Positions 11,101-25,805 are shown, numbered from the stretch's first letter. The stretch: 64,000 nucleotides of DNA from Nymphaea colorata (GCF_008831285.2 NC_045138.2:41292001-41356000), one strand, 5' to 3'. Made by a program: numbers and translations. The notes: generated from the letters alone by a model not told the origin.

Positions 11101-14100
11101 CTTGAAGCAGTTTACAAGTTTTGGGGGTGTGACTGGGCGTTGTATCACATGGAAGCAAGTATGGATGCAGGTGTCCGGAAAAATTAAAAGTAAAACAAAA
11201 AAAAAATTGCAGATTGCAAATCAAACCGCTTTTGCAAATTGTGATAAAAGAAACTTTAAAATTAAGGATGTAAGATGTTAAAAGAAACTTTTCATAAATT
11301 GTAAAATTAGTCTCCCTGGAAATTGTTAAGAAAAGTTCTTAGGCAAAAAGAACATCCATGTTTCAAATGCATAGGGCCCTACTCCTGTCATCCATTCCCT
11401 TTTCACTGCCACCCATGGTCAGTCGCTGTTGCTGCCTCCACCACGGGTAAATATGCCCTCCTTCATCTCCCCCCACCAACCCCCCCTCCCCTACCCTTCT
11501 CCCAGAAAACCATCCTTTTCCTCTTCTCCCTTCTTAATGCTTTCCCCTCCTACTTTCTCCTCCCCTTTTTTCTTTGTATCTTTGGAAACATTGCCTTGTC
11601 CAAGCAGCACCTACACCAGTAGAAGCATTGCATTGGGACTGGTGTGACACCAAATTGCACACCCATGTGATATAGCTCTCCTGTATCACTGTAGCTTGTA
11701 GGAAACCACTTGTGTCTTACATTATGGACATACGGTATGAACAAGGTTTGTTAAAAAATACACAAGTGAGTCTAATAAAATGTGCCTAAACACAGGGCCT
11801 CTTTTTCATGTAGGCAGCATTTTTTAACCTTCCCAAAGTACACAAAATATTTCTTCTGTTTAAAATCTTTATGACTATTGAGTTCTTTGAGGAGTACAAT
11901 ATAACCTCAAGGTTTATTTGTTTTGTTCTCATTTTAAGCAGTTGGAATGGCCTCTGTCATTAGGTTTGAATAATTCCTCGTGAAAATACGTCTGCTATTC
12001 AGAGTAATCCAAATATGAAACTGGAATTTCATTTTCCTAGCTAATATCAGCTTCCCATGAACCAGATTATTAGAATCTACCTTTTCCAATTTTCTAAAAC
12101 GAACACTATAGTTTTATGAAAAATTTTAATATATATCTTATTTTGGACCCAAATGGCATGAATTGCAGCATGCATTTCACAACATTGATATAGACCAGTG
12201 GTGTGCAAGTATAAAGTGAATACACAGTACAGCAACACATAAGCATCAGATCGCTAGAATGGGAAAGGAATTAAACGTGGACAGCAGCATGAGGATCAGA
12301 ATAAGGAAGCCATTGTTCCAAAATTTAGAATTAGAAAGGGAAGCAAGTAGCTATTAAGCAAGTGATGTTGGATCATTCAAAATACTAATAAATTGGTACA
12401 GAACTGAAACTTAATAAAATGAAAATGCTATGTAAAAAATGGTAGGCCAGTATATTTTAAAGTAAAATGACCAGGAAATCAGGATTCCAAACAACTGGAA
12501 CTCAATCATGTGATTTCTCGTGTAGCAACCTAGGCATTTCATTATCACCCACCTCACGAAATTTCTCCCCATACGTATCAATGATCATCCACAAATATCG
12601 TTCTCAGGTTTTTATGGATGATCCTTTTCAGGCATAATCAAGAAGCCTGTTTTTCTTGGAAAAATCTGCAGAATCCAAAATGCAACATATATACAAAATA
12701 AGAAAATAAAAATTTGGTTTTTTACTAATTTTCATACAAAAACATTGATCACATTCAAAAGATCTAATAACAGGTGAAAATAAATCTCAAAAAATAATCT
12801 TTTTGGGAGAAAATGGAAAATGCAATAAAATTTAAAAATGTGTTTTCTATTATGGTTTTTCTGTAGTTTTTCCCATTTTAGTTTTTTGTTATTTTCCAGT
12901 GTTCTTGATTTTTTTGTTGAAAAAGGCCAACATATGTAACCGTGCTCGTGACATATTTAGCAAAAAAGTTGACAAAGGAATGCACTCTCTTAAACTTCAA
13001 TTATGTTACCTTTGAGAGTGGCTCAATAAGCTTGTACTATTGTGCCACCTTGCATTTTTTGGACCAATTTGGAATTCAGCCACCCAAACAACCGTCACTA
13101 TGAGAGTAAAATTCAAGTACTACATTTCAATCATCATGCATGTCATCAAAATGAGACCTTCTGTTTATAATATGCCTTCAGTTATAATGGGATGATTCAA
13201 TTAGAATAGTAGCATGCTTGGCCAGGTGACAAATGAGTCCATAGCCATAACTACTTTACTAGTATCTATAATGGATTAAAAAACAGTAATTAATTCACTA
13301 ATTGACAATGATTACCAGAATAAGTGTGTTTATCGGAAGGTAAACAGAATGCTTTACTGAAAAAATAGAACATCATCAAGGACAAGAGATAAGGTCCGCA
13401 CTGAAACTTAAATGTCTAGATCAACAAATAGAAGTAAAGCAATACCTGCAAAGGAGATAGCCAACAGGATGCCACGCAAGGTCCCAGACACTATTTTCAT
13501 GTGCATTATGTAATTCAACTTGAGGTGTTTCATGCCTGCTCAATAAAATGCAAAAGAAACGTCTAATAAGGACCTGAGGTAAGCAACAAAGCTTAGATAG
13601 CCAGGCAATATTGATAAGTTCTAAAAGAAACAACTAAATGCACAATAAAATGAGAGCTCATAAGGTGCAAAGGAAGCCACTGCACCAAAAAACCGTGCAT
13701 CCATATTTCTTGCAGCCCATACAGGAAAATTAAAGAGAAAAGGCTAATCATACAAAGATTTCGTTTCAAAAGTTTTCTTAACCAAGAGATGAGATTACCC
13801 CACAACCCAATGGAAGATGGAGCCATCAAAACTTCCACTCACAAAATACTCCTCGTGGAAGGGATGCCATGCCAAAGCTGCAGAAAAGTGGAGAATATTG
13901 TTGTAACTTGCACCATTACAAATTTAAAATCAAAGGCCCAAGTACATGCCTTGGACAAGAAGAAGAAGATCAACAAACTATAACTTTAAGCGAAATTCCA
14001 TGAAGAACAAATATTAAGCTGCATATATATATACTGGTCAGATGACAATCTAGTAGACGGATCTGGACATAGGAAAAGAGCATCCAAACCTGTTTTCATT

Positions 14101-17100
14101 TTAAAGTAACTATCAGCAGCTCCTGGATGTGAAAAAACATTGTCTTAAGACTTAATTGTGCATTTCCAATGCTTTCTTAGTCACCAACAAAATTTTTCCA
14201 TTTTGTTTTTCCTAGAAAATTTCTTCCCATCTCCTAATAATTTTCATCATTTAATATATCGTCCCATATCCGACATGGGTAAGCTTTCCTTGGAAAATCA
14301 TTACATAAATAAGATGTTCACCAGATCATTTCCTACCTCACAAACAAAGAGTCCATTGGTTTAAAGTATAGCTATCCCCAGCAGGAAAGGAGCAACATTT
14401 GTCATTTGACATGAACAGGAATGTACAGTCTTCCTATACAGAGGGACATGAAGATTCAAGGACCAAAACATTACAGGATACAATTAGGCAAACTACTCCT
14501 TGTATGAGTTCAATGCTGCATACAGGAGCCATCAAAATAAAGTGTCAAAAGAATCAATCAAACAAAAGGCACAGATGGACGCAACACTGCTCCTGCCTGG
14601 GAAAGTGGATCAAAGAAAGGCAGCATGCTTCTATTATGAACAGAAGGAAGCTTATGACTAGGTTAGATTTTCATCAATCATGCCTCCTTGGTCAAAGTAT
14701 TGTGTGTGAAGTGGATGTGATAAAGAAAAAAAGGGAAAAGTAAAATCTCATATTGGCCCAATTCAATACAACCTTGACATTCTGTACATAAACAAAGGCA
14801 TACAAAACTAATGATCTCCCACACGCACATTTACACATAAAGTTTCTATTTTAAGAGACTAGTTTCGAAACCGCTTATCATGAATTTTACTTTTTTGCTT
14901 TTCATAAATAATTTATATATATTTTTAAATAATTCACGTGAACTGTGAACCTAGCTACTTTAGCGTTAGCATGTCCCAAATTCTTTCTCTTCCTTTCATC
15001 TGTCCCAACCCTCTCCCTATCTTGCGTTTAGGTTCAATGCCATGTTTCTCTTATCCATGCTAAGTGCCATATATCCATCTTGTAATGATTCATTCAGAAG
15101 ACTTTTCAGCCACCATGGCAAAGCAGAGGCTTAACTAATACAACAGAATATTCACCTGTCACATCTTTACGATGCCCACGGAAAGATTCAAGCTCCTTCA
15201 TGGCCCTTATATCATAAAGCTGCAACATCACAAACAGCAAGTCGGAAGTTAATGGCTATAACCTGATAATAATGAAAGCAAAACTTAAAAAAATTATAAT
15301 TACAATTAACAGGAAAATGTTGAATCTCGAATTTGTAACAAAAAATTGCTTTTACAGAAAAGAGCCTTCACCCCAACAATTCTTTGTTGAAACTTTTCCC
15401 TTGTAAACGTAAATAAAACAAGAATAAGGAAGGAAAGTCAGAACAAGTATATTAGTTTATACTTTATATTAAAACCATCACAATCCAGTATGTCAAGCAT
15501 AGCATACAGCAAGTATAGATGTAATCTGACAATGAAATACAGTGGAACAGTGCAAGAAACAAAAGCACATTTACAGTATAAAAAAAAAAGTTAACTTGCA
15601 TTCAGATCCACAATGCCATTAGTTGTGATTACCATGAACAGGGCTTCTCCAATGTTGATGAATGGACTTAAATGGGAAATGGGCCAACCTAGCGTGGCAC
15701 CAGAAATACCAAAAGTGCTATAGCAATAACAATGTCAACATTGTGCGACGGATTAACCTATGTTTCAAGAAATACGTGTATACACTTGCTTTCTATTAAT
15801 ATATACAGCAAATCTTTGCCCTTGAGAGGCGACACACAACCTAAAGTCATGTAACATACATAACAAATATTATATCTGAATCCTAAGCACTTGTAAAAGT
15901 TACTACGTATTACCATTTACCACCCTTGTTTTTGAGAGCTGGGATGGGCAATACATTCTGGGAAAATGCCAAAAATAAATAAAACACTAATTTCCACATT
16001 CACAAATGCTTATTCAGAAACCACATATAGCAAAGAAAAAGATATTCACGAAATTCACAAGCAGCTAACCAGCATTTCACTAGCCAGCAAGTCAACAAAA
16101 GATTTCTACCAGATTGCTCAAATAGCTCAGAAAGTTGCTATGAGCATCCACTCTTAGCTTGAGTATTATTAATTTATTTTATCTATATTCATATAAAAAT
16201 TGAAAGGCCTAACAGGAAAACAAGTCAGGATAGATTATAGAAATGCATCCACACCACGGAACTGAAATTTATTATAATAAGCAGGAAAAGTAAATAACCA
16301 AAGTTAAGGTATCAAACACATAAGAGGAACTGATGGAGGAAGCATCATTATCTACCTTAATGATCTGGTCTTTTCCAGCTGTAAGCACCCAATTTCCATT
16401 TTGATTCCATTTGACACAAAGCACAGTGTTCTTGTGTCCATGACTTGGAAGACGAACAAGAAACATGTCAATATTGTCTTGCAAAATCCAAACTTAAAAG
16501 AATAAGAGACTGAACGCATGATGCTACTTACAAAGAACAGAGTTCTCTCCCTGTTTTTGCATCCCAAAGTTTCACAAGGTTGTCTTTTCCACCTAAAACA
16601 ATATACAAGAAATAAGGAACAAAATTTGGAATCACATAAAGCCATCCTGAGGCAAAAAATCTTCACATAATATCTACCAGAAACAAGCAAGGACTTTGTT
16701 GGGTGCCAATCAACACTCTTCACATCCCATCCATGACCTGCCTGAGTTAAAATCAAACATCCGAGATTCTTTGGTTACATTTTGTTTATCATAACAAAGC
16801 AGAAAGAAGATAAATTATTGATAAAGAAGGTGTATCCGCAAGAAACTAAATCTAATCTCTAGAAGAAGGAATGTAAATCCGCAAGAAGATTTAATCCATT
16901 TGAACATAAAGAAAGACATAATATAATAAAAAAACCTAACAATTGATAACAGTATACATATAAGTTACACAACAGTAACAATACATATAAGTACATAACC
17001 ATACTGACGTGTACACATAACAGGTACCACAATACTACAGTCTACATATTATATAAGAGGCTAACAGTATATACATATAATAGGTTGATGCAATCCTATA

Positions 17101-20100
17101 TAACAAGTATAACACATTGTATAACGGTATATACATATAACACGTATTACACTACATATAACAGGAATAACAAATTGTATTACAATACAATTTAACATAA
17201 TAGTCTACATATATAAGTTTATAACAGGTATAACAAATTAACAATACATAAAAATATATGATACAAGTACATACTAATGTATACATATAACAGCTATGAG
17301 ATATCCCAATACTATATAACAAACTAAGTGACTAACAGTATGTAATATAACAGTATACATATAACAGCATAACCAGCATAACAATACATAAAAATACATC
17401 ATCAATACAACATAAAGTACATAACGATATATACTCAATTAAGAAACTTTATTTGAAAGGGACTCAATAAAGTAGGGGTGATCCCCCAGCCTGATTTCTC
17501 CATAATTGAAAGGGAATGTGACTTTTCACTTTCCCGTGGACTAGGCATGTTGGAGCCTAGGCCAGCCTAAGCGCCAACACATATCCCGTCGCCAAGTAGA
17601 GGACTTAGGTGATGGGTGTGGACTCACGCTTAGTCCATGCCTAAGCGAGGCCTTAACAACATAGGATAATAGTTATTATACTTTTCCCAAACGCACATCT
17701 TAAGTTGGTACAGAAATAAATATTATAGCAAGTTAGCAACGATTAATTTCATACTCATCAAACATTTTGCTTTTGAAGGAAAATGGCAAGAGGCATAAAA
17801 ATCTCAGGAACCTCTCCGGCTAGAGAAACATATAACAAACACAAAAAAAAAAGATCAGTTTCCCATTAGTTAGAGCTCTACAAGACTTCAGAAATCTGCA
17901 GATTAAAGGGCTCCAACCCTTTAAGAAAGGCACATGATGACTGGTGTAGTCCCCTTGTCTTCATGATTGAAGAGACCAAAAGGTACAATATAATATGTAT
18001 CAACAAATACAGGCCACTACTACTAATACTTGTTGCTGCTAATGGAGCTAATATTCACATTAAGCTCGCTAGAGCTGCTGAAACATTCCTTAGATCCTTT
18101 TTATGAGAGATTCCTTGTTGAACCAAAGGTGTCACCTCTACCCAAATGCATCCTTTCCAGATATAGGGATCCTCACCATATGCAAGATATGGCCAGCTAA
18201 ATCTCAAGGACAAAGACTATCAAGTATCAACTTGCCAGAAGATGCTGCCAATAATTTTTGGCAGAGGAAACAGCTATGCACGTAGGTTGGAACTGCAAGT
18301 ACTTCCTACGGCTTCCAGCTTCTATCTTGTTCTGTTATCAGGTTTGTGATCTATCCCACATTAGAAATCAGAAATCAGCTTCTAAGAACTTGAGTTTTCC
18401 TTCGGCTGCTGTTGGCCAATACCCTAGAAATGGAACAGGAGAAACATTTATGACCATCCAGTTCCTCTAGTGTTTGCCAAAGTTGTGGGATGTAAACATG
18501 CAGGTAGCAATGGCAATTGAGTGTCTCATTTCATACAATTGTGCCATCATATTAACCCATCATCATTGGCTGCCATTTAGACTTTGAGCAATAATATGGT
18601 CTTTTTTACATCCCAAAAAGACACATAACTTGCCTGAACAGACACATGCTCTCACTGCATAAATATAAAACTTTGAACTTCTTAGGGCTTTCATGTTAAA
18701 AAGCCAACAATAGCTAATGTGTATTAAAATCTGCCAAATAATAATTTTTACATTTTCTGCATGTATCTCTTTAGCAATTTTACATTTTTTGACAATGACT
18801 CCAGAACTTCGAGTGAGAGATTGAATGCATAAAGAGATTCTCATTTCCAGAATTTCTTGGCCGTATAGATGCACATGTTGTATGCATACAAAAACAGACT
18901 GCAAGGTCCTTACTAGCAGAAAAAAAAATTGCAAAGAGTATCCATTTTTCAGAATAATTAAACATGAGAATGTTACTTTGCAATATACCAATATCAAGCA
19001 GCAGAATACTAAGGAAAAAAAGGAAACTTGCTGACAGATTTAAAAAAGAACGGTTGTCCTAAAAAGTGATTATCCAAGGCACGTTTACCTGCAAGTGACC
19101 TTTCTTCTTGGCAACGAGCAAAATCCCATACTTTGACAGTGGTATCATCAGAACAGGAGCAGAATTTCAAATCTGTTCTTGAAAAACTAATTGACAGAGA
19201 AAAGTAAATTATCGTTCAAGAAATATAAAAATAGGTGAAAAATGATTGGCCAAATGACGAACCTCAAATCACGAACAGATTCCCTATGTGCACTTTTATT
19301 TGCCTTCACATTATTCATGTTTGTCTGCCAATACCTGCAGAAAATATCTGTGGTTGGTATTACCAGCCAAAAGGTGCATTATCCAGTTTGGAGAACTAAA
19401 TTCAAAAACAAGATTTACTTGATTGATCCACCATCATCACCAGTGACCATCCAATTTTCATTGTGGCTCCACACCATGGATCTGATTGCTTGGTCATGTG
19501 CCTATTGAGACATGCAAATACTGCATTAGAGCATAGTAGCGAACAAACAAGCAGTGGCCAGAAATGGGATGAAACACTTTGCACCTGCAAGATCATCTCA
19601 AAATTAAAGGACTGGCCATTCCAAAGAGTAAATTCCCCACTTTGAGAGCCTGTGATAAGGCGCCTCCCTGTAGGTGTCCACTTTCGCAAGTGAAAGGAGG
19701 AGAAGGAAGAGGAAGAAAGATAAAATCAGCAACATGACCTATAGAGAAAGAGCCTATAGTTGAAGAAAATAAAAAAATAACTCAGTCATCAGAGTCGATC
19801 TGTACAAGGCAGAAAAAGTTATTCAGATTATGGAATTCTAGCACTCCTTACGATTCCTTCTGATCAATTGTTCTGCATGCACCAGTTTGGTAACAATCCC
19901 TGGAACCTCCATAACATAGGAAAAGAAAAAGAATGTGCAGGCTCCCAAGGAAGAACAAGCTGATTGACCTAAACCTACTTCATTTAGCACTAATGTTTAC
20001 AGACTATCCAACCTTGAGAGTGTTTACATTAACATATCCAGAATGATTAATTTCCCATCCCAGTTGAAACTATAATTACCAATATTACAAACAGCAAGGT

Positions 20101-23100
20101 TTTACTCAAAACTTCTTCCAAGACAAGCTTTTCTCAAGAGATTATCAGCAAGATCTAGAATTTTTAAAACTTGAAAGATATCATAAAATAGATAATACAC
20201 AAGAGATGACAAAATAATGTGTTTTCATGTATTTTCATTAGAAAATAAAACGAAACATAGAAAACATGCTTAAAATTATCAAAGTAATATTTTGAAAATA
20301 TGGAAAAATCATGAGATGATATCACAATTTGATTCTGGTTACATTTTGATCATAGTAACAAAAACACATTTTTTCTGAAAAAAAAAGGCATATAAAACAC
20401 GATAAATAAGTCAGCCATTTAAAACTTTTAAAAAATGCCATCCTTTTCACATTTTTTTAATGCCAAACTTGTTTTCAAGGGATTTTGTTGCGATTGAACT
20501 TCATCACTGATAGCTATCCAATCCTTTGAACCAAAAGGTTGGGAAATACCCATCCTTCCACATATCTCTAGCCCCTGATTTCTCGGTAAATCAGTCCCAG
20601 GAGTAGTAGCTGAATCTTTGTCTGCTTCCCCATCTGAGTGTTTTAATTTCTGGCTATGCCTATTTAAATTATTTAAAAAATCCATAATGCCCATTAAATC
20701 CAACAAATCATATTTTATACTACCTCCATTAAGACATTGTTGTTTTATTCCCAATTCCAAAATTTAATATAATTTCTCTTTGGATGCAACTATTATTTCC
20801 TTCCATAATTCGAGATATTCACCAAATAAGCACAAATTTCATTTATTAAGAATTGTGTCAGTACATAGTATTACATTTTGACTGTTTGATCCTGATAGAC
20901 ACCAGTACATATATGTATCTTCTATGGTCTTAGTTAGATTTTGTATTTCCACCGAATACATGATATATTCTTGGCCTTTAACTTCTAGTGTCTTTTCACG
21001 TGATCTCAATGATAACCTCTGAAGCGAAATATTGAGCCCAGAATGCATGGCTGTACCCTTCTGTTTCATTGTGTACATATTTTTTGCCGTGCCAGTCAGA
21101 CATGGCTTGTGGTGAAATGGATGCAGGCCTTGTATCTAGAACTTATCTTTTGTAAAAATGTACTTTCCGGCTAGATGGCTCTGAGGCTTGTGCATGTGTT
21201 TTGGGGATTTGACAACCCTCACTTTTAATGTGAATATGTTCTCCAGAACTGATGTATAATTACCACTTTTTTATATTTGCTTTTGCTTTCGCCCTAGTGA
21301 TACTTTTATTATGATATCTTTAGAAGGAAAAATTTTGGTTTGGAAACCATCTAGGGCAAACAAGCTTTCCAATTAATGCCCCAGAAGACCTCACCAATAA
21401 AAACTTGAAAACAGTACTTGTGTTTCTTGTGCACAAACATAATTTCACATAACATGCATGGAAAGGAATTGATATTAAACCAAAACTTACCAAGACACGG
21501 TTGATTGAGCAACGATTTTTGTTTGTAGATGCATGGACAAATTTAGTTGCAAAACTTGTGGCAGGATTATCAAGGTATGCAATTGGTGGCAACAACTGCA
21601 AGAAACAACATTGCATAGAATCAAAGTTCAATAACATAATGTCTGCACAAGAAGACAATAAGTAGCTTATTCATTCGATTTAGAGATCAACCAAAGGTTA
21701 ACTGCACTAACATCTATGGCTGCAGCAGGAGTAGGCTGCAATGCAGTTCGATCTCTTATATCCCGCTGCCACATTCGACACTGCAAGAAGACTAAAGTAA
21801 CTTAGTATACATTATTTGACATTTGAACTGATTGTGCTTAAATGAAAATACCAAAGGCAAGACACGGTAACCTCTCAACAAGATTCATGCACAGCAGGAC
21901 AGCACAAAAAGTGTTTGATTCTTATTGTTGCTTGTTTTCAAATGCCAGATACGATCAAATGGCCAAGCTGGAACATAAGAGGAAAATCATACTTTAACCC
22001 ATAGCCACAAACATCATTTTCGGGTCTTTAACAATGAGGTTTTTCTCGAGTATTTTTCGATCAAGGTATTTTTCTCAGAAATTTTTTGGGAAAATCTTGG
22101 TAAATTTTCGAAAAATAAAAAAAAAAACCCAAAAATTAGGTAAAAATAAAGCAATGACAAACTAAAAAGATTATAAGACATTAAAGAAACAAGATAAAAG
22201 GATAAAAGTGATGCCTTAATGATGATAAAATGACAATAAATAATTTAAGTTTAAAGGTGGATTATAAGAAGACATTAAAGAAACAAGATAAAAGTGATGC
22301 CTTAATGATGATAAAAATGATAATAAATAATTTAAGTTTAAAGGTGGATCCATGCTGTCTCTAACATTAAAAAAGAAGAAATGGAAAAAAATGGAAAAAA
22401 ACGCAATAAAAAAAAATACACTGAGAGGTGCACTATGGCTTCTCTTTGACAGGTTACTCGTTGCTTCTCTTTGAAAACCAATAGTTAACAAAAAATACTG
22501 CCAAACTCACAAAGTTGACCTGCCAAATCGTGCCTTGACAATGATTAAGATACGTCCCAAGCTATGCTTTTACTCATTAAAAACTAAAGAAGCCAAAGTA
22601 GAATGGTTTACCTGCATGTATCGAACAACAGTACTTGTATAGTCAACAGATCGGCGATGCACAAGCTTCCTAATTCTTTTTGCAGCAAACCCATCCCCAT
22701 GTGCTGAAACAACAAACATCAACATTCATATATTTCATGAAGACAATTTCTAAAATGAAGTCAATCTGCGTTAAAGAAAAGGGCCATCATAACAGTAGTT
22801 GTCTACCCTCCCAAAATCCGTTTAACATGTCATCTGTGGCATGGAAAAGGAACAGCGGAGTTCAGGCAACTTTAGCTTATCAAACTAATCAATGGTCACA
22901 CAATAACTATTTTGTTTCATAATAACCATACTGATATAGCACACAGTTTCTCTGACAACCTGCAAATGCCATCTTTAATTCTTTTTGCAATAAATACTAC
23001 TAGTACTGATAAGCCATACATGCACATGAAACCCTTCTCCGCTAATAATGAGTACTTAAGGAAATGCAGGCCTTGAATAGCTCAACAGGCTTCACCTGAA

Positions 23101-24058
23101 ACTTGCAAACAGTTGCTATGACTGCTTTCTTTTCTAAGAACATCGACACTGATTCCAATCAATCATAAACAAAAAAACTTGCCCAGGTTCACGACATTTG
23201 GCAGTAGAAGCAAATTTCCAGGAATGCACGTCCATGAGCAACAGCGATACTTTGCTCTCCGTATGTTACCGGACCTAATAACTTACGAAAAAACGTTCTT
23301 ATCTTTGTTTGTAGACAACATTAAAGTGCATTGGAACATTCCAAGCAAACTCTAAACGTCAGCATCCTTTTAGAACTCCATCATACACAACACAGAAAGG
23401 ATGAATCCTGCTGATTATCCACGCTGACGGACTCCATGTCGTTAGCCCAAGATGACCCATTCACCAAACCAAGGCGGGAATCAACAAGCAGCGAACAGAA
23501 TTCTGACCTCCTTCTGGCAATTTGTGTTCAGCCACAAACCCACACACCCACTAACTATCTAGACGGTTAGGTATGAAACAAACGGTGTCCCCAACCATTT
23601 AGACGCTTAAAAAAATAACAGGACAAGTTTTCGTGAAACTTCAACTTTAGAGCCTAAACAATGAAAACACAACGTCAAAGGTGCAGGCGTAGTCCTTAGC
23701 TCGAACCAATTCGCATTCTCGTATAGTTCCCGCAGCAGACCGAAACAAAAACTACGAAGCTCAACAAACTACTCACCGCTAAAAGGAACCCTAAACCCTC
23801 AGGCCACCGACTACTCACAGGCAAACAAACATTAAAACAAAACAATCAGCCAGGAAACCAACCATCGTACGGGAGCGGAGCATTCCCATGCATATAATCC
23901 CCATGAACCGGCCCATGGCCCATCAGCGGCATCGGCGGCCTCATAGGCATCCCGCGGTGAAAATCGCCACCGGGCTGATGCTGCGGATGCATGTGTGGCA
24001 GTGGCGGAGGCGGCGGCTGCTGTTGCTGCTGCTGCTGCTGCTGGTCCCCGTACATCAT
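8178..24058 (-). CDS. FY: Flowering time control protein FY (WDR33/Pfs2 homologue; WD40 pre-mRNA 3'-end processing factor), about 765 aa
   Basis: 17 GT-AG exons, frame-consistent: 24058-23863, 22703-22612, 21780-21712, 21595-21491, 19680-19585, 19501-19419, 19334-19263, 19186-19089, 16737-16678, 16592-16532, 16443-16356, 15219-15156, 13877-13799, 13535-13446, 10425-10349, 10198-9339, 8285-8178 (2298 nt). Diagnostic peptides [72 protein letters not shown]. Pro/Gln-rich C-terminal tail. Confidence 0.96.
16946..17433. repeat. Degenerate AT-rich minisatellite (ATAACAGTATATACAT-like units) in an FY intron
   Basis: ATAACAGTAT(A)TACATAT and variants recur many times. Confidence 0.7.
17540..17663. 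mobile_element. hAT-type MITE right end
   Basis: CCTAGGC/CCTAAGCG sub-repeats ending ...GCCTTAACAACATAG. It may be the end of an element that includes the adjacent minisatellite. Confidence 0.35.
20351..20476 (-). mobile_element. Truncated copy of the CATAGTCACA hAT-MITE family
   Basis: Begins CATAGTAACAAAAAC and matches the reverse complement of the right part of 58638-59009 and 43907-44274 (AGCCATTTAAAACTT, TTTTTTAATGCCAAAC). Confidence 0.6.
20500..20820 (-). mobile_element. Possible LINE (non-LTR) ORF2 remnant
   Basis: ELWKEII..FGIGNKT resembles the post-RT S..WK.I....IGNG..T motif of plant L1. A similar weak remnant (PYIWKG..LVQQG) lies at about 18110-18180. Confidence 0.25.
22000..22420 (+). 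mobile_element. Diverged member of the CATAGTCACA MITE family with an internal ~90-bp tandem duplication
   Basis: Starts CATAGCCACAAAC..GAGGTTTTTCTC like 58638. 22169-22259 and 22260-22349 are near-identical units. Confidence 0.5.
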
Positions 24059-24182
24059 CTTACTCCCCGGCGCGCTCTGCCCAAAAGCTATCTCCGTGAA
24101 TACCTTAAATCGCCGGGAAATGGAGCCAGAAGTGCGCCTCCTTCATCAAACAAATCTTCGCCTGGAGTGTCCACAGATGCCC

Positions 24183-24450
24183 AAACCCTAACCTGAGAAC
24201 CAGAGGGCGGATACCCCAATGACACCGCCTCTGAGCTCCGCCGGAAGGCAGAAGCAGAAAACTGGGAAGCAGAAGAAGAGAATAAAGAAATGCGGAAACC
24301 CCCGGCTTTTGAAGGAGAGATTTGCCGGGCCGAATCCTACGTTTGGTATAAGCACGAATCAGGCGAGCGAACGCGTGCAGAGCCCGGCTCGCAGGTGAGC
24401 GCGTGCTTGCACCGAGCCCATTCGTTAACTAGATTCAGTGTTGTAGCCCA
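24183..24450 (-). promoter_or_regulatory. FY proximal promoter/leader: telo-box and two site II elements
   Basis: AAACCCTAA at 24183-24191 and AGCCCA (TGGGCT on minus) at 24415-24420 and 24445-24450. This pairing is well known in housekeeping and RNA-processing gene promoters. Probable 5'-UTR intron (CAG|GTTAGG near 24192). Confidence 0.5.
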
Positions 24451-24614
24451 TTGCGACTAGTAGATTAGTCTCTTAAAAAGTTTTTATTATCAAATGAGAA
24501 TCTTAAATATATATATATATATATATATGTTGTTAACTCCGTTACTGACTATATAAACATATATTTCTGCTGTAATAGGTGATCGCAATGTATATGCAAA
24601 AAAAAGAACGGAAA

Positions 24615-24769
24615 TAGGGGCGGAGGGAGGGCGGGCTCGCTTGAACCATAGCCTAGAAAAAAAAATTATATTGAAAAAATCAAATAGTTTGGTTCAACCC
24701 GTCATTTCTCTTGACCAGACCCACAGACCGTTTCATTTACCCCTAAAAAAAAACCTTGCTCCGCCCCTC
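24615..24769. mobile_element. hAT-type MITE (AGGGGCGGAG TIR)
   Basis: AGGGGCGGAG at 24616 and CTCCGCCCCT ending at 24768. Flanks AACGGAAA / AACAAAAT give only a partial TSD match. Confidence 0.7.
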
Positions 24770-25419
24770 AACAAAATGTAATCGAATGTTTGGTATCAAA
24801 CACGATACGGCAAAAACGAGTTTTACTTAGGAACAAGGGACGCCTGAAACAAGACAGTCTTTAGTCTATTATAAAAACAATGTGTTCCATCAGCAATCAA
24901 ACAAGAATTATACGAACTCTTAATTTCAAACAGCAAGGAATTGGCCTAATGACGGACGACTTGCTGGTCAATGCGCAGTCAGCATTTCGAACTCCACCAA
25001 TGCCCATTCTCATCCACAACCATAATCTGCAAATAAACTCGGTGATTTGGGCGATAATTAAAGGCATACATACATTTTCAACATCGTTTCGAAGAAATGC
25101 TTCGGTTTTGTTAAATTTCTACCAATTTTCACCATTAACTCATTTGGTACTAACAAAAAACAACTCATTTTAATATATTTAAACATGTATTAGTACCATT
25201 GATTATACTTGAGAAGGCTGACAAAATGATATCAAAATAAAAAGTTGTTTATGTTGAATGTATTTTAGTAATTTTATAAGTAACCTTAGTCATGAATAAG
25301 CCTAAGTGTCGCACCCATGGTGCCCTTTCAATTTAATACATGTGGGTACTACTCATTTATACTACAAGCCGTGGCATAAACAACACTCAAAGCAAATGAG
25401 AAGGGGATGGCTTTGCATC

Positions 25420-25517
25420 CATGGGCAGAGAGGGAAGGGGTGCCGGCAAGGGCCTTGAGTCTTCTTTTAGATTTTAAAAACTTTAAAAGATTTATATGTA
25501 AATCTAAAAAAAATTAG

Positions 25518-25553
<36 letters not shown>

Positions 25554-25625
25554 TTTGAAAATTTATATTTCGACACCTATAAAAATTTTGAAACTATAAC
25601 CCCTTTGACAAAATATTCCTCCCTG
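25420..25625. mobile_element. Degenerate MITE of the C(A)GGGGCGGAG family with (TA)n core
   Basis: CATGGGCAGAG.. left end and ..CCTCCCTG right end. Flanks TTTGCATC / TTCACATC (6/8). Confidence 0.45.
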
Positions 25626-25805
25626 TTCACATCTTTCAATCACTAAGAATAGCATAGCGTTTAACAAAGGTTTTTTCTGAAACCCAAGTATACTTTGACG
25701 TCTAAAAATGAGTATAATCATTTCAATCGACGAATATATCAATGTGTTTAGTTGTTGTAAATTTTTTGTTTTAGTTATTAATGCGTGATTGCGGGTATCA
25801 ACGCA

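Noticed and set aside
20428..20760. 110-aa ORF in an FY intron
   Set aside because: Non-ATG start; it runs from retroelement-like debris into a MITE fragment.
23888..24196. Plus-strand poly-Leu/poly-Cys ORFs
   Set aside because: Antisense readings of the FY poly-Q/poly-P exon.
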